Part shown: one piece after another, positions 56,173-64,000 of the stretch | How the letters are laid out: each line of letters opens with the position of its first letter | How positions within the stretch are numbered: the stretch's first letter is position 1 | NCBI GenBank assembly: GCA_963764165.1 | Contig: CAVXRD010000001.1 | Span: forward strand, 928,001-992,000 | Reading direction: 5' to 3' | Source: an uncultured Verrucomicrobiae bacterium | GTDB lineage: Bacteria; Verrucomicrobiota; Verrucomicrobiia; Limisphaerales; Palsa-1400 | Length of the DNA stretch: 64,000 bases | Program-made: the position numbers and the translations under genes | Notes under the pieces: generated by a model | Database searches by the model: none | What the model was told of the DNA's origin: nothing | The model's input: only the letters and a program-made list of their open reading frames with translations

Positions 56173-57093
56173 TCACGGTTTTGTGTCAGCCAACTCCAGC
56201 ACCGACAGGATCATGCTGAAGGCGGCGGCGGGGTCGCTGTTGTTTCCCAAGTTGACCACGAAACAACTGTTGGTGTTTTGCCGCGAAGCGCAGTGGCCGT
56301 CGGAGAAAAGGATGCTCGCATACGCTTGCTGGTGGTGCGTGCTGGGATAGACGTTGTAGGCGGCCACGGCGGGTGTGCAGAGGAATTCTGTATCCATGAC
56401 CAAAGCGCGGATGGGCAAGCCGTTTCGGTTTTGGCCGAGGTTGTCCAATTCAATATGGGTGGGCACGAAGGGCGAGCCGGGGGTGTCGAAAAGCGCGGTG
56501 TTGCCGCCGTGGCGAAAGTAGTAGCTGGATTGGGCTTGCGCGTGGCCGACTTGCGCAAGTTGGGTGTCTGCGCTGATCGGCTGATCGCTGCCGGGGCAGA
56601 AACAGACTTTTGGCTGGCTGGCCAGATACGATTGCAGCATCAAGCCCAATCCCACCGGCGCTCCCGCCGTAATCGACAGCAAACTGGTCGGCGCGCCCGT
56701 GGAGGGATACAAATCGAATGGGCTGGTGAATGCAGGGGCTTTCGGTCCGTAGGGGATGTCGCCCGAGCTGTCATCCGCATAGCCGCGGATGGCGATGCCG
56801 ATCTGGCGGAGATTCGACAGGCAGGCGGTGCCTTTGCCCCGCTCCTTGGCGGAGGCGAGCACTGGCAGCAGCAACGCCGCGAGGATGGCTATTACCGCGA
56901 TCACCACCAACAATTCGATTAGGGTGAAGCCTCGAACGCGTGCTGGCGGAAGGACGGCGATGCGTCTCGCAATAAAACTCTCACGGAGGAATTTTAACAG
57001 AGGGACACGAAGCACACGAAGGGGGGGCAAAAGATCGGTCCGGTGCTTTTGGCCTTCCTTCGTGTGCTTCGCGTCCTTCTGTAGAATTTTCAT
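56173..57093 (-). CDS. prepilin-type N-terminal cleavage/methylation protein with H-X9-DG motif
   Basis: [55 protein letters not shown] 57093 preceded by GGAGG. Confidence 0.88.
   Translation of the reverse strand: MKILQKDAKHTKEGQKHRTDLLPPLRVLRVPLLKFLRESFIARRIAVLPPARVRGFTLIELLVVIAVIAILAALLLPVLASAKERGKGTACLSNLRQIGIAIRGYADDSSGDIPYGPKAPAFTSPFDLYPSTGAPTSLLSITAGAPVGLGLMLQSYLASQPKVCFCPGSDQPISADTQLAQVGHAQAQSSYYFRHGGNTALFDTPGSPFVPTHIELDNLGQNRNGLPIRALVMDTEFLCTPAVAAYNVYPSTHHQQAYASILFSDGHCASRQNTNSCFVVNLGNNSDPAAAFSMILSVLELADTKP
56997..57082. repeat. palindromic element inside the 5' coding end of the prepilin-like gene
   Basis: 26-bp arms ACAGAGGGACACGAAGCACACGAAGG / CCTTCGTGTGCTTCGCGTCCTTCTGT (2 mismatches). 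Confidence 0.8.
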
Positions 57094-57248
57094 TTTTTGG
57101 CCTCCGATGGAATCATGCAGCGGAGGTCGTATGTCAGCCTGGAAGTTCGTTTGAGGCAAGCCTTCCGAGATGCCCGAAAAACTCGCAGCGAGCGCGGCCC
57201 AGCCTACACGCAACTGGACGTTTTGGCGGGCGAGGATTCATCGCGAGA

Positions 57249-58899
57249 TTACGGCGGCGACGTCCCGATAGTAATCGAGCCACTCACGCCGGCACTGTAG
57301 AATCGCTGGGTGGCGGCGGAGTTCGTGTCCGTGAACAGCATTGAGCCGCTCGTGTTGGTGAACGTGCCGAGGCTCGTCCATTGCCAGACAGGCAACGCGA
57401 GATTGGTGGTCGACAGGACTTGATAAACCGTGTTCGGTTCGCTCACGACGGTGAATTGCATTGCGCCGTTCGTCATCAACGGATTGATCAGGTTCAACGG
57501 CGTGCTTTCAACGAGGCGCACATTGTCCACGTCCCAATAACCGCCCCATGATGTCGGGTCGTAGGGATCGGGCACGGCCATCAATTCGATTCCGATGTGT
57601 TGTCCGGCCCACGGGTCGGTGGGGTTCACGGCCGGGAGTGTTACGGAAAAATCCGCATACCCCTGGTCGTTCGGGAACTGCGCCGCTGAATTGGCCACCA
57701 AGGTGCTGGCAATGATTTGCATGTTCGTGGTGTCGACCAAGTAGTAAAAGCTCAACGCGAAGGCCGATCCTTCCGCCATCCCGCCGCCACCGCCAAGCAC
57801 GGCAACCGTCATGGTGTAGGATTTGCCGGGCTGGTAAATGGAATTGAAAGCGTGCGTCGGCGCAGTGGCGTCGGCGCCGATGCTGTTGTAATCCTGGTAG
57901 ATCGCAACCTCCGGCAATGCAAACAGGAAGGCGGATTGGACACCATTGCCGTTGGTGATGTAGGAACTGTTTGTTCCCGCGCCCGGGTCAGGCCAATTGT
58001 AAAATGTCCCCATCAATTCAAACCACGGCGCGCCGCCGAAGTAGGCTGGATCATAATAGGCGGGCTGCGCCGCTTCCGCCCAGGAACCGAGCACCGGCGA
58101 AGCATATGGGAAATTGGTGCCAATGCTGGGCGTTTCAAAGGAGAAGTTCGGGACATAAAGCCCTTCCAGCACGCGAACATTGTCGACATCCCAATAACCA
58201 CCCCACGCGTTCTGGATCGCCAAAGCTCGGAGTCGCCACGATTTCCAAGCCGATCGGCTTGCCCGCCCACGCGTTGGTGGATTGAACGTTGGAAATGGAA
58301 ACCGAGAAATCGACGAAATGCGTTTCGTCCGGGAAGTTGCCGATGGTGTTCGTGACGGTCGTGTCGCCGATAATGTTCGTGCCGCCGGAATCATCCACGT
58401 AATAAAGATACAAATCGATCGTGGAACCGTTGGTCATCCCGCCCCCGCCGCCGATCAATCCAACGGTCATTGTGTAGGATTTGCCGGGCTTGTAGGTGGC
58501 GTCGAGCGATTGGAAAATGCCAACTTCAGGCAAGGCAAAAAGAAAAACCGCCTGCGCGCCGTTGCAATTGTCGATGTAGCTGGAGTTCGTCGCGGTGGAA
58601 TTCGTGTAGTTGGCGACATTATAAAAGGTACCCACCAGATCGTCCCACGGTGAACCGTCGAATTCCGACGGGTCATACCAATACGGCTGGGGCGTTTCCT
58701 GCCAGTCCTCGAGCACCGGCGCGGCGTAGGGGAAGTTCGTGCCGATGTCGGGCAATTCAAAAGAATAATTGGGAACCGGGAGATAGCCGGCGCGGGCTGA
58801 TTTGGCCGACGCGAGAACGACCACCAAAAACGCGAATAACGCAATCCATCGGATCGCGGAGAAAAAAGGGGAATGCTGGGACTTCGTCATCATTTTCAT
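57249..58899 (-). pseudogene. secreted protein with two tandem VPN(Y/F)SFE...GGYWDVDNVR domains and a C-terminal TTNL..W...RFY domain; 1-nt frameshift near 58212
   Basis: ORFs 58135-58998 and 57249-58394 join as PSFGDP/NAWGGYW after removing one base; the second repeat (DPTSWGGYWDVDNVR) confirms the reading. May be a sequencing error. Confidence 0.75.
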
Positions 58900-59176
58900 G
58901 CTCAATACTATGTTAAATCGGAATATAAATCGGAGTAACGCTAAGAAGCCAAAGCCGATCACATGCGCAACTGTGCATGTATCCATGGCGCCGGGCAAGC
59001 TGTTTTTGGCAGGTGCTTTGACGCAACGAAGGTGAAATAAGAATTTAATCAGAAAGACCGGGAGAACGGAGTTGAAAAATCATCGTGAGGCAAAACCGTT
59101 CTTTCTCGGGTTCTCTCGGCATTCCTGTTTGATTTCAAAGTCTGGAGTTAAAGGCCCCGGTCCAGACGCCTCGGCG

Positions 59177-59316
59177 GAGACTGTCTCAAAACTCAAAAAC
59201 GGCTTTAAAAAGCACCACAAAAACACCCTCGCCGAAAATAAAAATGCGCCATATCGCAAATGAGAGAGTCGTAGTATTGACACATTTTGAGGATTTTGTA
59301 GTTTTGAGACAATCTC
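59177..59316. mobile_element. 140-bp MITE with 17-bp terminal inverted repeats and 4-bp target duplication
   Basis: GAGACTGTCTCAAAACT ... AGTTTTGAGACAATCTC (1 mismatch), flanked by GGCG on both sides (59173-59176, 59317-59320); AT-rich interior; no transposase. Confidence 0.85.
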
Positions 59317-59349
59317 GGCGAGGCGCCCCTACCTTTTCTGGGGCCGAGT

Positions 59350-59784
59350 TCACCCCGGAGGCGGGTTCGGATTCAGGGTGAATTGCGTCGTGTCGCCGGT
59401 TCTCGGCTTGAGTCCCAGGATGACGCCGACCTGCTCTCCCAAGAGCCGCGTGTTGATAGGTTTGGTGATGTAGGCGTCGCACCCGGCCTCGAACGCCTTT
59501 TTGTCATCGCCCTTCATCGCATACGCTGTAAGGGCAGCGACCTTGATATGCTTGGTGGCCGGATCGGCCTTGAGCTGGCGCGTCAGTGTCAACCCGTCCA
59601 TGCCGGGCAGAGATATATCCATCAATATCAGGTCGGGGTGTTCCTTCTGAATGACCTCGAGAGCCTGGGTGGCGTTGGTGGCGTCAAATATCTGGTAGCC
59701 GCTGAATTTGAGAGCGTAGGTCGCAACCTTGAGGTTCACCGGGTGGTCGTCGACCACCAAAACTTTGATGGCGTTGCCGTTCAT
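59350..59784 (-). CDS. single-domain response regulator (DivK-like)
   Basis: VVDDHPVN, LILMDISLPGMDG, ALTAYAMKGD, YITKPI; 4-nt overlap with the kinase. Confidence 0.93.
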   Translation of the reverse strand: MNGNAIKVLVVDDHPVNLKVATYALKFSGYQIFDATNATQALEVIQKEHPDLILMDISLPGMDGLTLTRQLKADPATKHIKVAALTAYAMKGDDKKAFEAGCDAYITKPINTRLLGEQVGVILGLKPRTGDTTQFTLNPNPPPG

Positions 59785-61856
59785 GTTGTTGGGGAGGCAG
59801 TTTTTGGCAGGACGACGGTGAAGGTGGTGCCTTTGCCAATTTCGCTTTCGACGCTAATGGTGCCGCCCTGTTTTTCGATAATTTTACGGGTCAGCACCAG
59901 GCCCAGCCCTGTTCCGCCTTGGCGGCGGGTTGGCCCGGAATCCAATTGCTCGAACTCGCGGAATAGCCGGGACAAATCGGCTGGCTTGATGCCGATGCCG
60001 TTATCTTTGACAGCTAGCTTGAACTTGTTGCCATCGTTTGGCGCGCAATCAATGATCACGAATCCGCGCTCGTCCGTAAATTTAATCGCATTTGAAACCA
60101 GATTAAACACAACCTGCTTGAATTTAAGCTGGTCCAAGTATACGTCCCCCAATTCGGGAGCGACAGAAGCAAATACTTGAATGTTTTTCTTCTGGGCAAT
60201 GGCCCGCGCCACCAGGCAAACCTCGTGCAACGCTTTCTTGGGGGAGAAATTCTCCGCAATGAATTCGAGCTTGCCCGCCTCCACCTTGGCCAGGTCAAGA
60301 ACATCGTTGACGAGTTGCAGCAGCAGGCGGCCGCTGGCGAGAACGTCGTCGAGAAATTCCTTTTGCTGCGGATTGAGTTCCCCAGGGCCGCCGTCAACAA
60401 GAAGTTCAGAGAGGCCGATGATGGCGTTCAAGGGCGTGCGCAATTCGTGGCTCATGGAGGCGAGGAATTCGGACTTGGCGCGCCCGGCTTGCTCGGCGTT
60501 TTCCTTGGCTTCTTTCAATTCGGCGGTGCGTTCGGCGACTTTGCGCTCCAAATTCTCGTAGGATTCCCGCAGGGCTTCCAGCGCCTTCTCCCGCTCGCTC
60601 ATTCCCGTGTTCAAAAAAAACAGGCCCACCGACAAAAGCGTAATGCTTAGAAACAATCCCAGCGGCAGCAGGAGAAAGGTGGTTCTGGAAACGTTGGACT
60701 CCTTCTTTTGCCGTTCGTCCAGGATTTTGTACTCGACATTTTCCATGTCCTTGACGGCGTCACGGATGGCCACGGAAACCTCCACCCGGCGGTCGTCGGC
60801 CATCAGGCGCTCGGCGGCGGCGGCTCCCTTGTCGCGGCGGGCGGCCATGATCTTCTCCCCTGCGGCAATGCGCTCCTCGACCAGCGACCGAAGCTGTGCA
60901 AGGCGATTTCGCTGGTGGAATTCATCGAGAGTCAATTCGTTGAGGGCCTCGAGATTCTTGTACAAAGCCATGCGGTATTCGGACTCCTCGGCAAAATATT
61001 GCGGGTGGGGATTGTTGAGGTAATTGGCTAGAGTGGTGCCAAGCGCGGAAACGCCCACCATGATTTGGCCGATTTCCTTCAGCTCCTCCTCGGAATGGCC
61101 CACGTCCGCCGAGGTGTGCTGAAGCTGGTCGGTGAATTGATAGGAAATCGCCGAAGCCAAAACCAGCGACACAATTCCAATCACAAATCCGCCTGTGGTC
61201 AATTTATCCAGGGACCAAACCAAGCCGCCGCGGTACTTGGCCAGGCTGAGCAATCCCACACCCAGCACGCCAAAACCCGTCGCGGTGTGAAAGGAGACGC
61301 CGGCGTAATCCCAAAGATCGATGTTGAACATGGCGGCGAAGACATGCCCAACCATCGTCAGCAGGCCAACCGCCAGCAGTGAAGCGCCGACCGCCGCCAG
61401 CAGCGCCGTGCGCCACTTGGAAGTTCGCCGTCCGGATTCCGCCACGAATTGAAGCCCCGTCAAGAAAAAGCAAAAGGCCGTCACCGGCGCCATGCGCCCC
61501 GCCACCGATGCCTTGTTGGCGGGACCTGGATCGTCAAAGAAAAAATGGTCGATCTGCAAATCCGCCCCGGAAAAATACTCGGTCAGGGTCAAGCCGCCGA
61601 TAGCCGCCAAGGCCAGCCCGGCGACCAGGGCAATAACGCGGCCCGTGGCGTTGACAAACCGAAACGAGAGGGAAAACAAGGCGATCCCGCACAGCAAAAA
61701 CCCAATCGCGGTGTTGGCCTTCATCGTCACAGAGCCCGGGACGATGGTTTTGAGAATCTGAATTTTAAAAGCCCAGCCCGCCAGCACGATCAGGCCGAGG
61801 ATGGCCGATGCCGCCGCTGTGGTGGACGCTATTCGGAGGGATCTGTCGTTCCTCAT
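59781..61856 (-). CDS. multi-TM sensor histidine kinase (CHASE3-like sensor, HisKA, HATPase)
   Basis: Multiple hydrophobic helices, KSEFLASMSHELRTPLNAI, NLVSNAIKFT, DNGIGI, GGTGLGL. Start 61856 inferred. Confidence 0.92.
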   Translation of the reverse strand: MRNDRSLRIASTTAAASAILGLIVLAGWAFKIQILKTIVPGSVTMKANTAIGFLLCGIALFSLSFRFVNATGRVIALVAGLALAAIGGLTLTEYFSGADLQIDHFFFDDPGPANKASVAGRMAPVTAFCFFLTGLQFVAESGRRTSKWRTALLAAVGASLLAVGLLTMVGHVFAAMFNIDLWDYAGVSFHTATGFGVLGVGLLSLAKYRGGLVWSLDKLTTGGFVIGIVSLVLASAISYQFTDQLQHTSADVGHSEEELKEIGQIMVGVSALGTTLANYLNNPHPQYFAEESEYRMALYKNLEALNELTLDEFHQRNRLAQLRSLVEERIAAGEKIMAARRDKGAAAAERLMADDRRVEVSVAIRDAVKDMENVEYKILDERQKKESNVSRTTFLLLPLGLFLSITLLSVGLFFLNTGMSEREKALEALRESYENLERKVAERTAELKEAKENAEQAGRAKSEFLASMSHELRTPLNAIIGLSELLVDGGPGELNPQQKEFLDDVLASGRLLLQLVNDVLDLAKVEAGKLEFIAENFSPKKALHEVCLVARAIAQKKNIQVFASVAPELGDVYLDQLKFKQVVFNLVSNAIKFTDERGFVIIDCAPNDGNKFKLAVKDNGIGIKPADLSRLFREFEQLDSGPTRRQGGTGLGLVLTRKIIEKQGGTISVESEIGKGTTFTVVLPKTASPTT

Positions 61857-61990
61857 AGCAGAGGAGGCGCAGCCAGGTGCCGTGCCCGCGCTGTGCCGCA
61901 CTGCTCAATAAAAATGGCTGGCCATCGTGACATTCTATAAAACATCCCGAATTCACCGCTGTGGGTCAATCAAATTGACGTTTTTCTCAA

Positions 61991-62091
61991 AGGCGGGGAC
62001 GCCTTGGCGAGGCGTCCGGGGTGAGGCCTAATTCATGCGCAAGCCTCGGACATTTTCACGCGCAACCGGACGCCTCGGCGAGGCGCTACCT
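61991..62091. repeat. degenerate second copy of the REP doublet
   Basis: GGGACGCCTTGGCGAGGCGTCCGGGGTGAGG ... TTCACGCGCAACCGGACGCCTCGGCGAGGCGCTACC shares arms and spacer pieces with 51225-51305. Confidence 0.8.
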
Positions 62092-62160
62092 CGCTTCGCA
62101 ACCACAATCGCGCAACTTTGAGATTTGACGCGAGTTCATGCGGGAGCCAACATTCCTCTC

Positions 62161-62944
62161 ATGAACTCTAGCGTTATTGCATTTCTGGCGCTTGCGGGAG
62201 CATTCGCCGTCTCCATGTTGCCGGCCGCCGCCGCTGATGCTGACAAACCGCAGTACTACGAATTGCGCGTTTACACCACGAAATCCGCCGAGCAGCAAAA
62301 GCTGGTCAGTGATTATTGGCAGAACGCGGCCGGTGCCGGCTTACAACCGCATGGGCATCTCGCCCGTCGGCGTTTTCACTGAAACTCAGGAATCGCCTAC
62401 GAACAAAATTTACGTGCTGGTTCCGTGCGATAGCTTGGAGACGTTCGCCGCCATTCCCGCCAAGCTCGCCGCTGACACCGCTTATCAAGCCGCTTCCGCC
62501 GAGTACATGGCGCGGCCCAAAGGCAGCCCAGCCTTTGAGCGAATTGAAAGCTCTCTCAATATTGCTTTTGACGGAATGAAAAAACTGGCTGTTCCGCCAT
62601 CTGCCGCCGAAAAGAAACCGTGGATATTTGAATTGCGGATTTACGAGAGCCCGACCGAAAACAAAGGCATTAACAAGGTCCAGATGTTCAATTCTGGCGA
62701 AGTTTCGTTGATGCAGGAAGTTGGCCTAAGCCCGGTCTTTTTTTCACAGACCGTCGTCGGCCCGCAAATGCCGAACCTCGTTTACATGGTCTCCGCGGAA
62801 AACATGGACGAGCACAAAAAGCATTGGGACGCTTTTCGCAACGCCGCCGTCTGGAAAAAACTCAGTTCGGATCCGCAATACAAAGACAACGTCTCGCGCG
62901 TGACGAGCATTTTTCTGAAACGCACGCCGGCGTCACAGATTTAA
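62161..62944 (+). pseudogene. secreted NIPSNAP-family protein with a 1-nt frameshift near 62332
   Basis: Signal peptide + QYYELRVY...YWQNAA, then in a shifted frame VPAYNRMG...IFELRIYES...MFNSGE...MPNLVYM. May be a sequencing error. Confidence 0.75.
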
Positions 62945-62961
62945 GTCGTCGGCCAAGAATC

Positions 62962-63185
62962 TCATTTCTTAAGCGACACAAGAACAGCGGTTCCATCGAA
63001 ACGTGGCTTTTTGGGGTCTCCGACGGCCCGCGCCTCCGCAAGCTTGCGCGTCATACGCGGTCGTCCGACTTTGTTCACGAAAAACTTGAGTTTCCCTTTT
63101 TCCGTAACCAGCAATTGCTCCCCATAACGCCACGCATCCACCAACCCGGCGTCGCTATAAACTTTCGCACAGTCACCGCTCTCAT
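62962..63185 (-). pseudogene. probable frameshifted orphan antitoxin (Phd-like)
   Basis: MRAVTVRKF, frameshift, then YSDAGLVDAWRYGEQLLVTEKGKLKFFV; matches the Phd-like 'T+REF...G..++VT..GK' pattern; no toxin downstream. Confidence 0.45.
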
Positions 63186-63267
63186 ATAGCTAGTTTTATT
63201 GTCTAACGACGCGGCATCGAAGCGAAATTATTTGGAGAATTCCATCTGATCTTGCGTTGCGGAGGAT

Positions 63268-63315
63268 GCGGTCGGCGAGGGCACCGACCGCGACACGCAA
63301 GGCGCGTGCGCTCCC
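63268..63315. repeat. REP-like double hairpin of a different family
   Basis: GCGGTCGG-N8-CCGACCGC followed by CACGCAAGGCGCGTG-CGCTCCC. Confidence 0.45.
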
Positions 63316-63429
63316 GCGCGCAGAGGGAAGCGCCTCGCGTCCCGCAGCCCATACGCCTTATAATTCCGATAAATCCGCTCCTTACTTCGCAATTGCCTGT
63401 GATTGATGGCTTGGATAAGACTGTTCGCC

Positions 63430-64000
63430 ATGCTTGCATTTTTAAGGTTGGCGTTCAGTGGTTTTGCTCTCAGTCTTATCTGCGCTGCCAGCGTCACCGC
63501 GGAACCTTTCAAAACGCCCATCGGTCTGCAATTGGAAAGTGTGAACGGCGGCATGCACAAGGATATGGCCGGGACGCTCGAGAAAGTCCACAACTGGGGT
63601 TTCACTGAGGTTGAGCTCGTGGGCGACTACAATCTATCGCCGTCCGCCTTGAAAGCGGAATTGGCTGAGCACAAGCTCAAAGCCACCAGCGCGCATTTTC
63701 CCTACGCGACGTTTCGCGATGCGCCGGATAAGCTCGCGGAAGAAGCAAAAGCGCTGGGCCTCGTCACCATCGGTTGTCCTTCGCTTCCTCAGCACGACGC
63801 GCTGGATGAGTCCGGCTGCCGGGCCGCCGCCGAGATGTTCAATCATGCGGGCCAAATCATGAGCGAACACGGCGTCAAATTTTTCTATCATCCGCACGGT
63901 TACGAATTTAAACCATTCGGCCAGGGCACACTCTTTGATTTATTGGTGACAAATACGAATCCCAAATACGTCCATTTCCAAATGGATATTTATTGGATCG
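63430..64000 (+). CDS. secreted sugar-phosphate isomerase/epimerase (xylose-isomerase-like TIM barrel), partial
   Basis: Manual translation: signal peptide, PIGLQL, GFTEVEL, FFYHPHGYEF, VHFQMDIYW; runs off the window. Alternative start at 63406. Confidence 0.88.
   Translation, partial: MLAFLRLAFSGFALSLICAASVTAEPFKTPIGLQLESVNGGMHKDMAGTLEKVHNWGFTEVELVGDYNLSPSALKAELAEHKLKATSAHFPYATFRDAPDKLAEEAKALGLVTIGCPSLPQHDALDESGCRAAAEMFNHAGQIMSEHGVKFFYHPHGYEFKPFGQGTLFDLLVTNTNPKYVHFQMDIYWI

Overview
GC-rich bacterial window; the gene families (DUF1501, H-X9-DG prepilin-like, propeller/Y_Y_Y kinase, 'STNL..W..RFY' C-terminal domain) suggest Verrucomicrobiota/PVC (inference). Left: partial DUF1501 gene, fabD-fabG-acpP-fabF and tRNA-Ala(CGC). 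Between that tRNA and a convergent tRNA-Pro(GGG) lies a ~41.5 kb accessory block: katG with a vestigial divergent oxyR-like gene, a propeller histidine kinase, two response regulators, and one intact 34 kb ORF. That ORF encodes an 11,323-aa secreted modular protein: 11 beta-helix modules, the first carrying an unusual helical insertion, then Gly-rich cassettes, NHL, LamG, FG-GAP and recently duplicated FN3-like repeats. Right: a Hen1/Pnkp RNA-repair operon with a HEAT-repeat gene translationally coupled between hen1 and pnkp, a double DUF3857/transglutaminase-like protein, decayed toxin-antitoxin genes, a prepilin-like gene with a palindrome in-frame in its leader, a 140-bp MITE inserted into a REP palindrome with a 4-bp target duplication, a kinase/regulator pair, a NIPSNAP gene and a partial TIM-barrel isomerase. 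The best candidates for undescribed biology are the hen1-HEAT-pnkp operon and the giant protein. All family assignments come from motif recognition by eye; no database searches were run.
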